A stretch of 64,000 bases of DNA. Origin: Paramoeba atlantica (Eukaryota > Protista > Discosea). The stretch's first letter is position 1; each line of letters begins with the position of its first letter. Below, piece by piece: positions 38,801 to 52,980 of this stretch. The notes beneath the pieces were generated by a model. The model made no database searches. It worked only from the letters and a program-made list of their open reading frames with translations, and was not told the origin of the DNA. The stretch is taken from contig CDRNVI010000138.1 of NCBI GenBank assembly GCA_977017575.1, positions 40,214 through 104,213 of the forward strand. The letters run 5' to 3'. A program made the position numbers and the translations under genes.

Positions 38801-40743
38801 CGACCAACTTCAACAAAATCATTCATTGCAAGTCCCTCCTCTTCCTTTTTCGTGACACCCCCCCGTGACGCCAAGTCCCCCTTTTGTTGTTGTTGTGTTT
38901 GTTGTTGTTGTTGTTGTTGTTGTTGTTGATTTTCCATTCCCTCAAAAATAGAAACCATTCTCCTGACTCTCTCTTGCGTGACATGATCTTCTTTCTCAGC
39001 TTTTAGAGAATTTGCTCTCTCTCCTTGTTCTCCTTGTTGCGATGAATCCTCTTCTCTTTGAGCCCAAAAAACATCAGCTGCAGGAGATGAGAGAAAATTT
39101 TCTGATTCTCTTCTTGTTGAAGAAGAGGTTAAAGAAGAGATTGAATCAATTGAATCTGAGATGGTATCCGTGATAGAGCCTGGAGAGAAATAATTTCAAT
39201 AATCAAACAATTTTTTCAAAAAAAAGAAAAAGAAAAAAAGAAAAAAAGACATTCAAAAAATAGTTTTAAAAATAAATAAGAAAATTTCTCCCAAAATAAA
39301 ATAAAATAAAATAAAATAAAATAAAATACTTCCAATTGAAGTAAGTGTTGATCCAAGCTTTGCAATTGACCACCCTTTCGTTTCTTTTGTATGTTGATCC
39401 AAATTGCCATCTTCACTATCCTGACGAGGGGCAGGCTAAAAAAAAAAAAAGAAAGAGAAAGAGAGAAAGAGAGAAAGAGAGGAAAAAAAAGAAAGAAAAC
39501 AATCAAAAAATAGATCAAATCTTTCTCCAACACAAAATAAACAAGAATTCTCAAAAAAAAATCAGTATTTTAGTGAGTAAAATTTGAGAACCTTTGAGTC
39601 AATTCGCCGAACTCTTCTGATTGCGCTGACACTTTGTGATTTTTCGAGATTGCGATTGGGAGCTGGGTCAATTCATTAAAACAAAAAGGGGAAAATTTGA
39701 TATTGTTAGAGAGAGAAAAAGCAGAAAAAAAGAATAGAAAATAAAAAAAAGGTTTCATCTGTTTCGCAAAATATTTGTCAAAAAAAAAATGTCAAACATG
39801 TCGTGACAAGATCATGACGCAAAGGTCTAGGGGGGGGAGGGCCAGGAGAGAGAGATTTTCGAGAAGGAACTTTTGGAGGAGGAGATGTTGGTTGAGAGAT
39901 TGTTTCTCCTCCTCTTTGTGTTGTTGTTCTTTTTGTTATTGTTGTTGTTCTTGAAATTGATGTTGGTGATGTTGGTGAAGAAGAAAGAGAAGAGGAAGGG
40001 GGAGAAGAAGAAAAAGATGGGGGAGGAGTAGAAGGTGTCGGTTTTGGTGTTGGAAGAGCTCTTCCTGTGGTTTGTTGTTGTTGTTGTTGTTGTGGTTTGT
40101 TCATTTGGATTGTGTTTCTGGATTGGTTTTGTGGTTTGTTTGTATTTCTAATTTGGTTTGGGGTCAATGAAATTGTATTTCGATTTTGGTTTGGTGATTT
40201 CTTCATTGAGGTTATGGTTTGGACTTGTGGTTTGTTTGTTGAGATCGGAGAGTTGGAAATTTGAGGTCTTATTGATGAATAATCATAACGTGATTTGTAT
40301 GTTGACCTTTTTCGTGTTTCTGAAGGGAATTCAAGAGAAAATGGTTTAAAAGTTCAATAAAAACTTATTCAAAAAGAAAATAAAGTGGATTTGAAAAAAG
40401 AAAATGAGAAAACCTTTCAGATTGGCAGAGGATGGTGTTTTTTTTGGAACAAGTTTTGCTCCACAGACACCACAAAATTTTCCTTCAGGGATCAAGAGAC
40501 TGAATCAGTTACTTTTCTTTTTGACTTAATTTAAAAAAAGAAAGAGAAAAACCATGTCTTTCACCAATACAATTGGGACAAACAAATTGTTCAACTCTCA
40601 CAACAAGTTTCTTCCCACAAATCGGACAAAAATTTCCATCCTTCCTGAAAAGAAAAAGGGAATCAAGAGAGAGAATTTGTCTTTAAAATCTTTGGCTCTT
40701 TTCCTAACCTCGTAGCGCAACAAGTCTCGCAGTACTTTGTCAT
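35879..40743 (-). CDS. ARHGAP1/8-like protein: N-terminal double zinc ribbon, Q/P/S-rich linker, CRAL-TRIO (BCH) domain, RhoGAP domain
   Basis: Spliced motifs MTKYCETC...FCPICG...CPNC...KFCGVCG; YVLVFCNSGMSSENRP and VYIVHPT (CRAL-TRIO); FGAPLEEV, GLETEGIFRVSG, VASCLKQYLRELPEPLL and NKMTAKNLSIVFGPNL (RhoGAP). Confidence 0.85.
36905..37290 (-). repeat. Tandem array: the 3' end of a RhoGAP exon plus donor, followed by three degenerate copies inside the intron
   Basis: TCTCAAGGATGGTGTCTTCCTGCTGTTTT...GGAAG recurs four times on the minus strand (near 37228-37290, 37104-37166, 37026-37062, 36913-36973), separated by CT microsatellite. Confidence 0.9.
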
Positions 40744-41255
40744 GAAAAAGTGAAAGGAGAGTGAAAGAAGAGAGGGAATGTGAGAGAAAAGAAAAGTGAA
40801 AAAGAAAACAAAAATCGAAAAAACAAAAATAGAAATTCTATTTGTGGAAGGCTTATAAGTTTCTTAGAATTTTATGACATCACCAATCAAAAAAGGCTTT
40901 TTAGGTCCATTTTTTGATAGGAAAATATTCAATTTGATTTTCACCCCCAAAAGAAAACTTTTTTTCTATTTTTTCTCTTTTTTTCCTAAATTCGCTGAAT
41001 CACGATTTTCGAAGAAACCGCTTTTTCACTTTGTTTTCGCAATAACGAAAAGGTCCGAGAAAAAGAAGAAGAAAAAGGCGAAGAGGAGAAGAGAGAGAGG
41101 AAAGAAATCCTTGAAGAAGAAGAATTCAGTATTTGGGTGAAAGAAATGAAAACAATTTCTTATTTGGTGAGATTAGAAAAACTACAATATTTCAAAAAAG
41201 AAAAATTACAACAAATCAAACAAATTGAGTAACCCCCTCAAAGAAAATCGAAACA

Positions 41256-44200
41256 ATGGAAACGGAAGATCAAAAAGAGGGAGAGAGACAAAAACGGAAT
41301 GACTATCTTGAATTGTTTCGGAATATGAATTGGAATGTCAAACTTGCTCTTATTTTTACAGGTTTTTCCGCAATTAAAGGATTAAAAAAAAGGAAAAAGG
41401 AAAAAGGAAAAAAGGAAAAAAGGAAAAAAGGAAAAAAGGAAAAAAGGAAAAAAGGAAAAAAGGAAAAAAAGGAAAAAAGGAAAAAAAGGAAAAAGGAAAA
41501 GAAAGAAAAGAAAAAAGAAAAAAAGAAAAAGAAAAAGGTTTTAATATTTAAAACAAAAAAAGGAGGGAATATTGCCACCTGGGCAATCACACAGGGACAG
41601 TTACTCTCTGGTTATTTGTATCTTTTGACTGGCGGTTCTAATTCTTTTATTGGTACTTGTAATGCCATGACCGGCTTAGCTCAGGTTTCTTTTCTTTCTC
41701 TCTCTCTCTTCAAACAGTTATTGGCATTCTCAGTTGGATCCCAATGACAACAACAACAAAAATAACAACAAAATAAATAATAAAGAAAGAAAAGAAAATA
41801 AAATCAAGAATCAAAAAAAGAAAAAAACAGTGGCATTCCCGGTAGGATGTACCAATCACAAAATCAACAATAACAACAAGAACAAATATAATCAAATAAA
41901 ATAAAAATAAAATAAAAATAAAATAAAAAATAAAAAATAAAATAAAAAATAAAAAATAAAAAATAAAAAATAAAAAATAAAAAATAAAAAATAAAAAATA
42001 AAAAATAAAAAATAAAAAATAAAATAAAAAGTAAAAATAAAAAATAAAAATAAAAAAAAAAAAAAACAGTTAGTGGCATTCCCGGTAGGATACCTGGGAG
42101 ACAAATACAGAAGAGACTCTCTCTTTCGTGTTGGGGGAGTTGTTGGCATCTTTTGTATTATTCTTTCTATTTTTGGCTTTTGTTTTGTTCCTCCTTTTGA
42201 AGGTTTTTGTTTTGTTTTTTTTTTTGGAGAGAGAGAGAGAGAGAGAGAGGAGAGGAGAGAGAGAGGAGAGAGGAAAGAGGAGAGAAAGGGAGGAAAAGAG
42301 GAGTAAAGAGAAAAGAGAGAAAGAGAAAAGGGGAAATGAGGAAAGAGGAAAAGAAATTTTGAATAATTTACTAAAGAAAAGAAGAAGTGATAGGAGAGAA
42401 AGAGAGAAGATAATGAGAGAAAAAACAAAAGAGAAAAAGAAAAATGGAAATAAAATTGTTAATTTTGTTGTATTCAAAAAGAGCCTGATTGTCCGTCTAT
42501 TGGAACCGAGGTTTATTTTTATTTTTTTTTTATTTTTATTTTCTTGGATTTTTTTTTATTCCTTTTTTCCTCTTTTCTCATTTTTAAAATCTTCTTGTAG
42601 GAAGGGGAAGATTGTTCAGAATCTAAAGTACTTGGTTGTTTTGGCTCGCTTTGTATTTTTATTTATTTGATGGTAGCTTCTTGGGGTAATTCATATCTTT
42701 TTATTTTAATTGTTAAAACAATTGTTGAGATATAAAAAACAATAATATCTCCTCCAAAAAATAAAAACCCAAAAAAAAATAAAGAAAAATAAAAATAAAA
42801 AATAAAAAAATAAAAAATAAAAAATAAAAAAAAAATAAAAAAAATAAAAAAATAAAAAAAATAAAAAAATAAAAAAAAATTAAAAAAAAAAACAGGACTA
42901 TGGGGAGGAACAACAAACCCAACACTCGAATCAATATTCGCAGACAGTGTAGAAACAGGAGATCGAACAACAATTTACACCACAAAATTTCTTGTCTTTC
43001 GAATTTCCCAAAGTTTTGGGCCATTGCTTGCGTGTGTTATGTTGTTGATTTTGGGAGATGAGTGGAAGATGTCTATTTTGAGACCTATTCTTGTTGTTGG
43101 TTTGTTTTTGTTTTGTCTGTTTTTGTTTTGTCTGTTTTTTTTTTTTTTTGTCTGTTTTTTTTTTGTTTTTTGCTTTTTGTTTTTTTTTGGTTTTTTTTTT
43201 TTAATTTTATTTTTTTTGATTTATTTTTTTTTTTCACCCTCTTTTTTTTCAATCATTAGGAGCTCTCTTTTGGATCATCCCTGTGACTACAACATTCCTC
43301 TTCGATGACGACAAAGCTCTCGGCCGAACCAGCGAAGGAATTGGATCAGAACAATACTCCAAATTAACAGCACAACAAACAGATGATGAAGAAATTGTCG
43401 AGGATTCTTTTACAATAGAAGAAGAAGAAGATCCAGGACCAATTTCAGTGAATGAACGACGTTCAAAGTGTGGATCGGACATTAAAGCTTTGTTTGGTGC
43501 GTTGTTTTCTCCTTCTTCGCCACATTTTGTGCCTTTGATGTTGAGTGGGAGTGATTTTATTAATGCTTTGGCTTCTGGTTTTTTAATTTCTTTTTTTATT
43601 TCTCTTTATTTCTTTTTTTTTTCTTCTTTTCAAATTTCTCTTCTCTCTCTCTCTTTCTCACTCTTCCCTCAACCACTCAGGAATGACAGTCAAATTCTTT
43701 CCTCTTTTCTTTCAATTTAAGTCAAATATGTCACCACTTGGCGTCTCAATTGTTTATTTAATTATTCCTCTTGCTTGTGCTTTTGTCTCTTTTGTAAATG
43801 AGAGAATTGCAAAGAAAGTGGGGAGAATTCCGATGATTTTTTTTTGTCGAGTTTTGTTTTTTTTATTCTTATTCTTTGATTTATTTCTTCTATTTCATTC
43901 AATTTCAAAAAAAAAATATTGTTTTTTTTTGTCTCCAATTTAATAACTTTTATTTCTTTCTCTCAAAAAGCTATTTGGAGTGACTCTTCTTTGCCTGATG
44001 ATATTATCAACAAACGCCTACATTGTTTCGACACTTTTTATCCTTCGAACCGCATTAATGCGCTCTCCTGTTCCACTTGTTAGATCAGTTTTGATGGATG
44101 TTGTCAATAAATCTGATCGGGGAAAATGGAATGCTGTTGAGAGGTTCTCTTATTTCTCTCTTCTCTCTTCCTTTATTCTTTCTTGTTCTCTTTTGAAGGG

Positions 44201-44616
44201 CTATTTTTTTTGACTCTCTCTCTCTCAATAGCTTTTCTTCTTTTTCTTTTCTTGGTAGCGCAATGGTGGGAGGATTTCTCATTGATTGGAAAGGATATGG
44301 TGCCTCTATTCTTGTGACTGGTAGGATCTCTCATATTTTTTTTTAAACAAATTTAATAAGTTTTTTCTTTCGAATCTTTCTCTCCTTTTGTTTCATTTTC
44401 TCATTTTGGCTCAAAAAATGTACAGGATTTTTCCAATACATTGCTCTTATTCCTCTGATCCCTCTCTTCCGATATTTCTCTGAAGAGGAAGTTCAACAAG
44501 CCAGAATCCAAAATATTCAAGACCCTTTTCAGTCTCAAGAAATGAGGGATGTGAGTGAAGAAGTGAACGAAGAAAGAAATGAAGAAGGCAAGGAGAGTGA
44601 AGGAACAAGTGATTGA
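41256..44616 (+). CDS. Major facilitator superfamily transporter, multi-exon
   Basis: Hydrophobic helices with LVAFPVGYLGDKYRRD (MFS motif-A-like) and SFVNERIAKKVGRIP, RSVLMDVVNKSDRGKWNAVE, and an acidic central loop and tail. Confidence 0.8.
41685..42095 (+). repeat. MFS intron containing two degenerate copies of the downstream acceptor plus exon start
   Basis: AAACAG-TTATTGGCATTCTCAGTTGGATCC at 41712 and AAACAG-TGGCATTCCCGGTAGGAT at 41824 match the real AAACAG|TTAGTGGCATTCCCGGTAGGATACC at 42064. Confidence 0.8.
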
Positions 44617-44771
44617 ATTGAAGGAGGAAAAGGAAGGAGGGAAAGGGTTCTTCTTTTCATCCGACGGAGAGGCATTCTTTTTTAATCAAAAAAATAAAAA
44701 TAATTAACTCAAAAATGATTGAAATTTTTTATTTTTACATTCACTTATTTGTTTGACAATCCAAAATAACT

Positions 44772-47700
44772 TCATGTAGCAAGAAGCCCCTGAAATTGCT
44801 GATACTCCACACGATGTTGAATTGTTGTTGCAACATCCCCAGTCGCAAGATGAACAAGAATAGCCATCTTTTGTTCATCTAAAAACTTTTCCAGCTCCTT
44901 GTTCCAAGAACCTTCTTCAAAACGAATTTTCAGGAGTTCATACTCCGAAAGGAATTCGCCATCTCCTCTTTCTCCTCCCCAAACACCCGACCCAGAAGAA
45001 AAAAAACCTCTCCCATACTCAACAACATCTTCACAAAATGTCTCAAAGAGGGGTAAAGCTTCATCTAATATTCCATCCAGTTGCGTTCTTTTTTCAACCT
45101 TGCTGTTTTGACCAGAGACTACCGGTCCACCACTATTCCTCCGGCTACCAGTCCCAGTATCGCTCGAACGCAAACTCCAATTCGATAGGAAACTCCCATT
45201 TGCTCCACTGTCACTACTTCTAAGAAGACCCCCCCCACTCTCTCTTCTTTCCCCTCCTGTCGGATTTGAAAATCTTGAACGACAAGCAAGCTTCATCAAT
45301 AACTTCCCAACCAGCGTCAATCCCTTTCTCTTCTCTCCTTCAAATAGAAGAGAGTGCGAGGTAATCTGAGGAACAAGGAGGCGAAGAAAGATGACAGACC
45401 CAACAGCCCAGTAGCTGAGAGGTGTTTTGTCGGTTCTTTTTGTGTATTTTGAAGCTCGAACCATTTCCCAAACACAATAAGAGAGAACACAAAGACCTTG
45501 TGGGAACAGTTGAACATTCAGTAATTGCGCAATATTACTCACAAATCGTTGTTGGAGTTTGGTTAAATTCTTTCCTTGTCCAACAGAGAGTGGCTTCATC
45601 AACGTCTCCAACTTCTTCTTCTTCAAATCTCTCCCTAACTTTAACAAAGGATCCAAAAGAGATTCCGCCTTTGGACGAAAAGGATCCAATAAAAATCTCA
45701 ACAAACACACACTCAGAGATCTCTCCCTCATCACCACCGAAATACTTTTAACTCTTTTGATCTCATCCTCCAAAAGAAGCTTAAACAGATTCTCTGGTTC
45801 TTGGTGTAGATAAAGAAAATAACTAATCAGAGTATCCAGATTAGCAGGAGGGGGATTTAGTGCCAACAAAGTCTGAAGAATCGCTTGTGGAAGGAAATGG
45901 GAGTTTGAAGTGAGAAGAGAAGATACCTCGTTCAGTTTTATTGAATCTAGGGAAAGAATAAGAAAAAGATAGATAAAATTGAAAAAAAAAGGATTGAGAA
46001 AAAGAAAAAAAAATTCTACGAACAAGGAATATGACAAACTTCACGACCAGGATCACTTCTTACTGGAGAAGAATGAGAAGGAGACTGAGATATCAAACTG
46101 TCATGTGCACCCATCGATGAGAAAGATCTGAAATATTTCTTTTGCGAAGGAGCTTTCGTCTTTTGCGTTGAAGAAGGAGATTTCGTCTTTTGCAATGGAG
46201 GAGATTTCGCCTTTTGCGATGGAGGAGATTTCGCCTTTTGCAAAAAAGGAGGAGATTTCGCCTTTTGCGAAAAAGGGGGAGATTTTCCTGGCGGAGGAGA
46301 ATGAAAAGAAGGGGAAAAAGAAAAAGAAGGGGAGAAAGAATAAGAAGGAGAGAATGAAGAAGAAGAAGAAGAAAGGGGATTCTTCCCCGCTCCCAATTTT
46401 TTAAATTCATGGCGAAGGAATGCAATCACACTTAATGTGTTCTCCACCTCTTGAGTCGAAAGAGATTCAAGCTCAGAAATTTTGGTTCGAAATTCGACCG
46501 TTTTGCCACAAATAATTTTATCGAGATTTGCAATGTCATTGAAATCAAACGTGTCTTCTTGGAGAGGTGGAATTTCTAGTTTCTCACCTTTTCGAAATTC
46601 CATTTCACATAATTGTGTCATTGCTTGGGAATCAAGAAGGAGCGCCTCCTCTTCTTCCTCAATCCCTCCTCCCATTTCTCCCATTTCCTCTCCTCCAGGA
46701 TACCACCCCATTCCTTGGAAGAATTTCTCTCCTTCTTCCTGTTCCTTCTCCCTCTCTTTTTCTTTCTGCTTCTCTTTCTCCTTTTTAAACCCAATTTCCC
46801 TCAAAAAAAGATCAACAAGAAGAAAAGCATCTTTCATAAACTCATTCGCAAACTTCATCGAATCTCTCTCAAACATTTGACCAATTGAGGCCATCAAAAC
46901 CATCTTGGAAAGATATAAACTCGCCCATTCAGTCTCTTCACCCAACTCAAGACCAAGGTTCTTCTTTGGTAAAGCCAAAACAGGACAGCAAAAACGCGCA
47001 AAAAAAGAACCAGCCAAAAAGTTCTTTTGTTCCTCAATTCCAAATTGTTCTTTGACAACCTCAGAAGCAGCAAGAGTCACCGAACGGAATTCAGATGGCA
47101 AAACTGTCACAGATCCAACCAACAAACGAAGAAACTTCAAAAACAATCTCCCAATAAACATTTGGCTTGAATTTTTTGCACTTTCACTCAAAGCGGCCTC
47201 AGGAGAGGGAGGGATGTTTTTCTTCTCTGAAGAGAAAAAACTGTGGACAAAAGAATGAAGGTAAGAGACCCCTAGATGGTTGTTGAAAAGACGGTAGAAA
47301 TTAAGAGGGATGGATTCCATTCGAAAAATTTGATGAGGGTTTCGTTTTTTTTCAACTTCATACTTGGTCATCGCTATTTATGATTTAAGCAATTTTTAAA
47401 AAAGAAAGAAGTCCAATTCGAAAAAATAAGAAAAAAAAATTAAAAATAAGAAAAAAAAAAAACCAATCAAAGCTGTCTCTGTCAATTCACACTTGGAACA
47501 CAATTTATAGAAAGAGGAAGAAAACTCACATTCATCATCCTCAGCAGCTTCAGCAGCGATATCAACCAAAACAGAAAAAGCAACAGAATCCTCAAGTGTA
47601 TTTTTCAAAGCACAAACAAACGATCGTTCCCCGCTTAACTCAGAAGAGATAATAGAAGAAGACAAAGAAGCAGATTGCCTTTTCATTTTTGTTTTGAATT

Positions 47701-49349
47701 TCGAAAGTAGTGGTGTAGTAGTGGTAGAGGATCTCTCTCTCTTTCCTTCTTTCACATTCCTCTCATCACATGCGAGATCGGATCCTTCTGACAAACTCTC
47801 TTCGAGTACAGTCTGAGGAGACCCAGAAAGAACAATGTTGACTTGTAAAAGAAATATTTCTTCGTCCGATTTAGCATTAAAACAAATTGTGGGTTCGTCC
47901 ATAAGTGTATTGCTCGAACAATCAGAATTGCTTCTTGTTCGCGAGCAAAGATCATCATCAGAACGGATCGACCGCAGAGGGCCACCTCTGGTGGGAATTA
48001 TTGTTGGTGAATAAAAAGGATTGAGATATCAAAATCAGAAAAAAAAATAATGAGGAAATAAAAAACCTGGATTTTTTTTTCTGAGACTCTCTCTTTTTTG
48101 ACCTCAACCAAGCTCCAAAAGAATTAAGAATTTCCAAAGAAAGTGCTGGATCTTGATCACGAGACGACAATACAGCTCTCTTCATTTCGGTAGCTCTCGT
48201 CGCAAACAAGTGATTAAAATATCGAATCGGGTTCAAATGAAGTTTGTCGAACCGAAGAGGGGTAACAACACTTTCAACTTGACACTTACTTTCTGTCTTT
48301 TTCAAAGCCGCAAAAGGATTCTTGGAGTTGGTTGTTGCTCCTCGGGCTTTGATCTTTTTAATTTCTGCTTTTGTTGTTTCTACATAGACCCTTCTCTCCT
48401 CCTCTCTTTCTTCACACCAATCTCTTGGAAAGAAACCAAACTCCACCAAAATAAGGTCTATTTTCTCAAAGCCCTTTTCGACATCCTCGTTCGCAAATTT
48501 CATATTCTCGCTCTCAAAAGTTTGTCTATTCGCCGCAGCTTGTAGCATTTTCGACATTAACAAACACAATTTCTTCATTGAATCAGCAATTTCGCTGTCA
48601 ATTAAATTCTGAGGAAGGGCTAAAGCAGGACATAAAAATCGAACAAAGAAATAGCTATCAAGAAAAGTTCTTTCACTTTCTTTTCCGAATTTTGCGACAA
48701 CTCGTTGCGAGAGAACGGAAACCGTGCTTTTCATTTTATTTGGTATCTATTTAAGAATTTTTGAGAAGGAGGGAAGAAAAAAAAAATGTTATAAAATATC
48801 TCACTTGAGCAAAAAAAAAACAAACATTATCAAAAAAAAAAGAAGAGAGACAAACCTCACCGACTGACCCAACAAGAATTTTTAACAAAACTTGAAAAGA
48901 ATCACCAACTCTCTTTCGAGTCAAATTCCTCGAAAAAGAATCTTTTGAATTAATATTTGCCAAATTCAAATCCCCAGAGAGAATTTTCTTCTCTCCATAA
49001 GAAACAAAAGCTGAAATAATTATTCGAAGATAATTATCCCCGATCTTGTGGTTGAAGATGGAAAAAAATTTAGTTGGAACTGAGTCAATTCGAAAGAGAT
49101 TCATCACTTGTTCACGTTTGGCGATCTCATGGTCCGCCAATCCTGTGTCCTTTTGGATCAGAAAAAAAAAAAGTGTGCCAAAGCGAAAGAGAAAGAAAAA
49201 AAAGAACCAAGAAGTGCATCTTGATTTAAGTTGACAAGTTCACTCAGGGCAAAGAAGTTTTCTGTAAATTCATCAAGATCTGGATGGGGCAAATCAATAA
49301 TCCCTTCCAAGACGGCAGGAGAAGCGAGGACCCGACAAAAGGAACCCAT
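44772..49349 (-). CDS. Single large protein with three tandem RasGAP-like domains
   Basis: ORFs 49158-49505, 48751-49140, 47958-48734, 47396-47902, 46016-47371 and 44772-46037 join by phase-compatible GT-AG introns; the last junction is the least certain. Finger/FLR motif pairs are LFRIDS + FVRFLCPAL, IFRMES + FARFCCPVL, and VMRERS + FLRLLVPQI. Confidence 0.75.
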
Positions 49350-50420
49350 CGAAACAAAAAAAAAAAGACAACAGCACAACAAAAAAGTGAAAAAAAAAGT
49401 GAACAGCAATAGTTGTACTAGTTGGACAAAAAAAATGAAGAAAAAAAAAGAAAAGAAGAAAAGTGAAAAAACAAAAACAAAAAAAAAGTGAAAAAACAAA
49501 CACAAAAAAACTTAAAAAAAAAACAAAAACGAAAAACAAAAGGATTGGTTAAAATATGAGTACGAATGGAATCTGCGTCTTTTTATTTATTTTTCGTGTT
49601 AATTTTGACGATCTTTTTCTTTTGAAAATACTCCAGAAAAAATGTTTCCCCAAAAATGGGGCCAAAAAACCCAAACAAGGAGGAAATAGTTGGGCGTCAC
49701 TTGTTCACTTTTTTGGTAAGTCCCCTCAAAGACACACAGTTTTCAGTTCTCGCGCCCAAAGACCTCTCAACACCCCACTTCGAGCGCCAGTTCGGTTTGA
49801 ATGACTTCGAAAGATGGTAAAGACAAAAGCCACCCCTGAAAAGTGACACCCCCTGTTTGTTATCTGTTCGAAAACCTGTTTTCAATTTTTCAAATAATTA
49901 ATTTCTGGTGTTGATCGGATGGCAGACGATCGAGAGTGATTGATGATGTCATCTTTGGAACTTTTCGCAAATTGGCCTTGTTGAGAGCGAACTAATTCGC
50001 CTAACCGTTGAGAGGTCTTTTGAACCATTTCTCCTCTCCATCTTCCTGAAATTTAATACCCCTACCTCTTTCCTTTTCTTTTCCTTTGCTTTTTTCTGAA
50101 TAAATTCTTTCTTTCAAAAAAAAAAATAAAGCTTTAGAATGACAAAGGTTCTGCACTTTGGACAATCCATTCAAATTGGGTGACAAAAGGAAGACTGTTC
50201 CCTCTTCCCACTTTTCCAATGAAGAGCATCCTTGATCAAACCACAAATTGAACAGTGAAAAGTAAAGCAAATTAGTCTCATTATTATTATTTTCTTTAAT
50301 GCTTGAATGATTATTTCAAGTGGTCAATGGGAGTTGTTCGTTCGGGCGATTGAAGTCAACTTTTTTGAGCTCAAAAGACTTAAATTTAAAACCAAAGAAT
50401 GAACTTCACCAAAAAATTCA

Positions 50421-51091
50421 CTAATTTACCGACTCAAGGGGCTCGATCATTACCACACTATTTCCTCGAACGACGGTCATCCCAATCGACTTCCTCTCAC
50501 CACTTGAAAGAACTTCATAGGTTTCTGCAGGTTTTCTGAGAATCGACTCCAAGAAACAAGAAAAAGAGAACAAAAAAGGAGGAAAGAGAAGAGCAAGGGA
50601 TAAAGAGAGAGAAAGAGGAGAGAAAAATGAAGAGAAGAAAAGAGAAAGAAGTGAAGAGAGAAGGAAAAAAGAGAAAGAAGAAAAGAGAAAGAAGAAAAGA
50701 GAAAGAAGAAAAGAGAAAGAAGAAAAGAGAAAGAAGAAAAGAAAGAAGAAAAGAGAAAGAAGAAAAGAGAAAGAAGAAAAGAGAAAAAAAAGAGCAACAA
50801 AAAGGAGAGGGGGAAAATAAAGAAGAGAAACAGGAAAATTTCCTCAAACAAACCTTCAACAACAAGATTCATGAATTGATCATAACCACGAAGAAGACCT
50901 TCGATGTTCCTTTTACCATTGAGTTTGATAAGCACTCTCCTGTCCAAAAACCTGGCCAAAAATAAAACAAAAGTTCAAAGATTGAAAAAGGAGAGCCAAA
51001 AAAATAGAAAAAAGAAAAGAGAAGAAAAGAGAAGAAGAGAAAGAGAAGAAAGAAAGGAAAAGAACAATTTCAAATCGGGACCAGCACCCAT
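50421..51091 (-). CDS. SNRPG: Small nuclear ribonucleoprotein Sm G, 3 exons
   Basis: Spliced MGAGPDLKLFLDRRVLIKLNGKRNIEGLLRGYDQFMNLVVEETYE...IGMTVVRGNSVVMIEPLE shows SmG-type Sm1 and Sm2 motifs. Confidence 0.9.
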
Positions 51092-51293
51092 TCTTCCTGA
51101 AACTGAAAAAAAAAACGAGAGAAGACGGCAAATCGAAAAAAAAAAGTTGGTATCTTTTTGGCCAACGAAAAAAAAAATATCAATCGAAGAAAACCATATT
51201 TTTTTCTAAATAAGGTTAATAAAGGTTTTCTTTCCGCCTCCTTTTTTTTTCGCGTCGCTTGACTGGTTCGTTTTGCCAAGAATAGAGGAGAAA

Positions 51294-52564
<1,271 letters not shown>

Positions 52565-52980
52565 ACATTCAACATGTGATTCACCACACACACAACACAC
52601 GGAATCACCCAACAACAATTTAAAAAAAAAAAAAACAATAAAACAAAACTTCATTTTTTTGTGTATCAGAGCCAAAGAGAGAAAAAAAAAAATCAAGACA
52701 AAATCAAAAAAGAGCAATGATTTTTTTCGGTGACGTGGATTTATAATATTCGAAAAGACGAAAAAAGACTTTTTGGGGTGTTAAAAACAATTTTATGACG
52801 TCATTATTTTTGTTGCGTTGCGGTTGTTTTTTGTTTTTTTTGGCTTTCATTGGTCCCAGATCAGAAAGAACAAAAAAGAAGAGAAGAGAAAAGAAAAAGG
52901 AAAGAAAGGTTCAAAAGAGGAAGAGGGGAATCAATCATTTAATAATATTGATTCAGACATAGAAGTTACTGTTTGAATCA

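Noticed and set aside
40483-40552. Apparent non-GT donor or frameshift in the RhoGAP 5' region
   Set aside because: Resolved by a downstream AAG acceptor, which gives CPNCIGERHGKFCGVC with a normal GT donor.
49560-50400. Spliceosomal snRNA gene next to SmG
   Set aside because: Only short chance-level matches (ACTTACC, TATCTGTTC), with no Sm site or surrounding conserved sequence that I could recognise.
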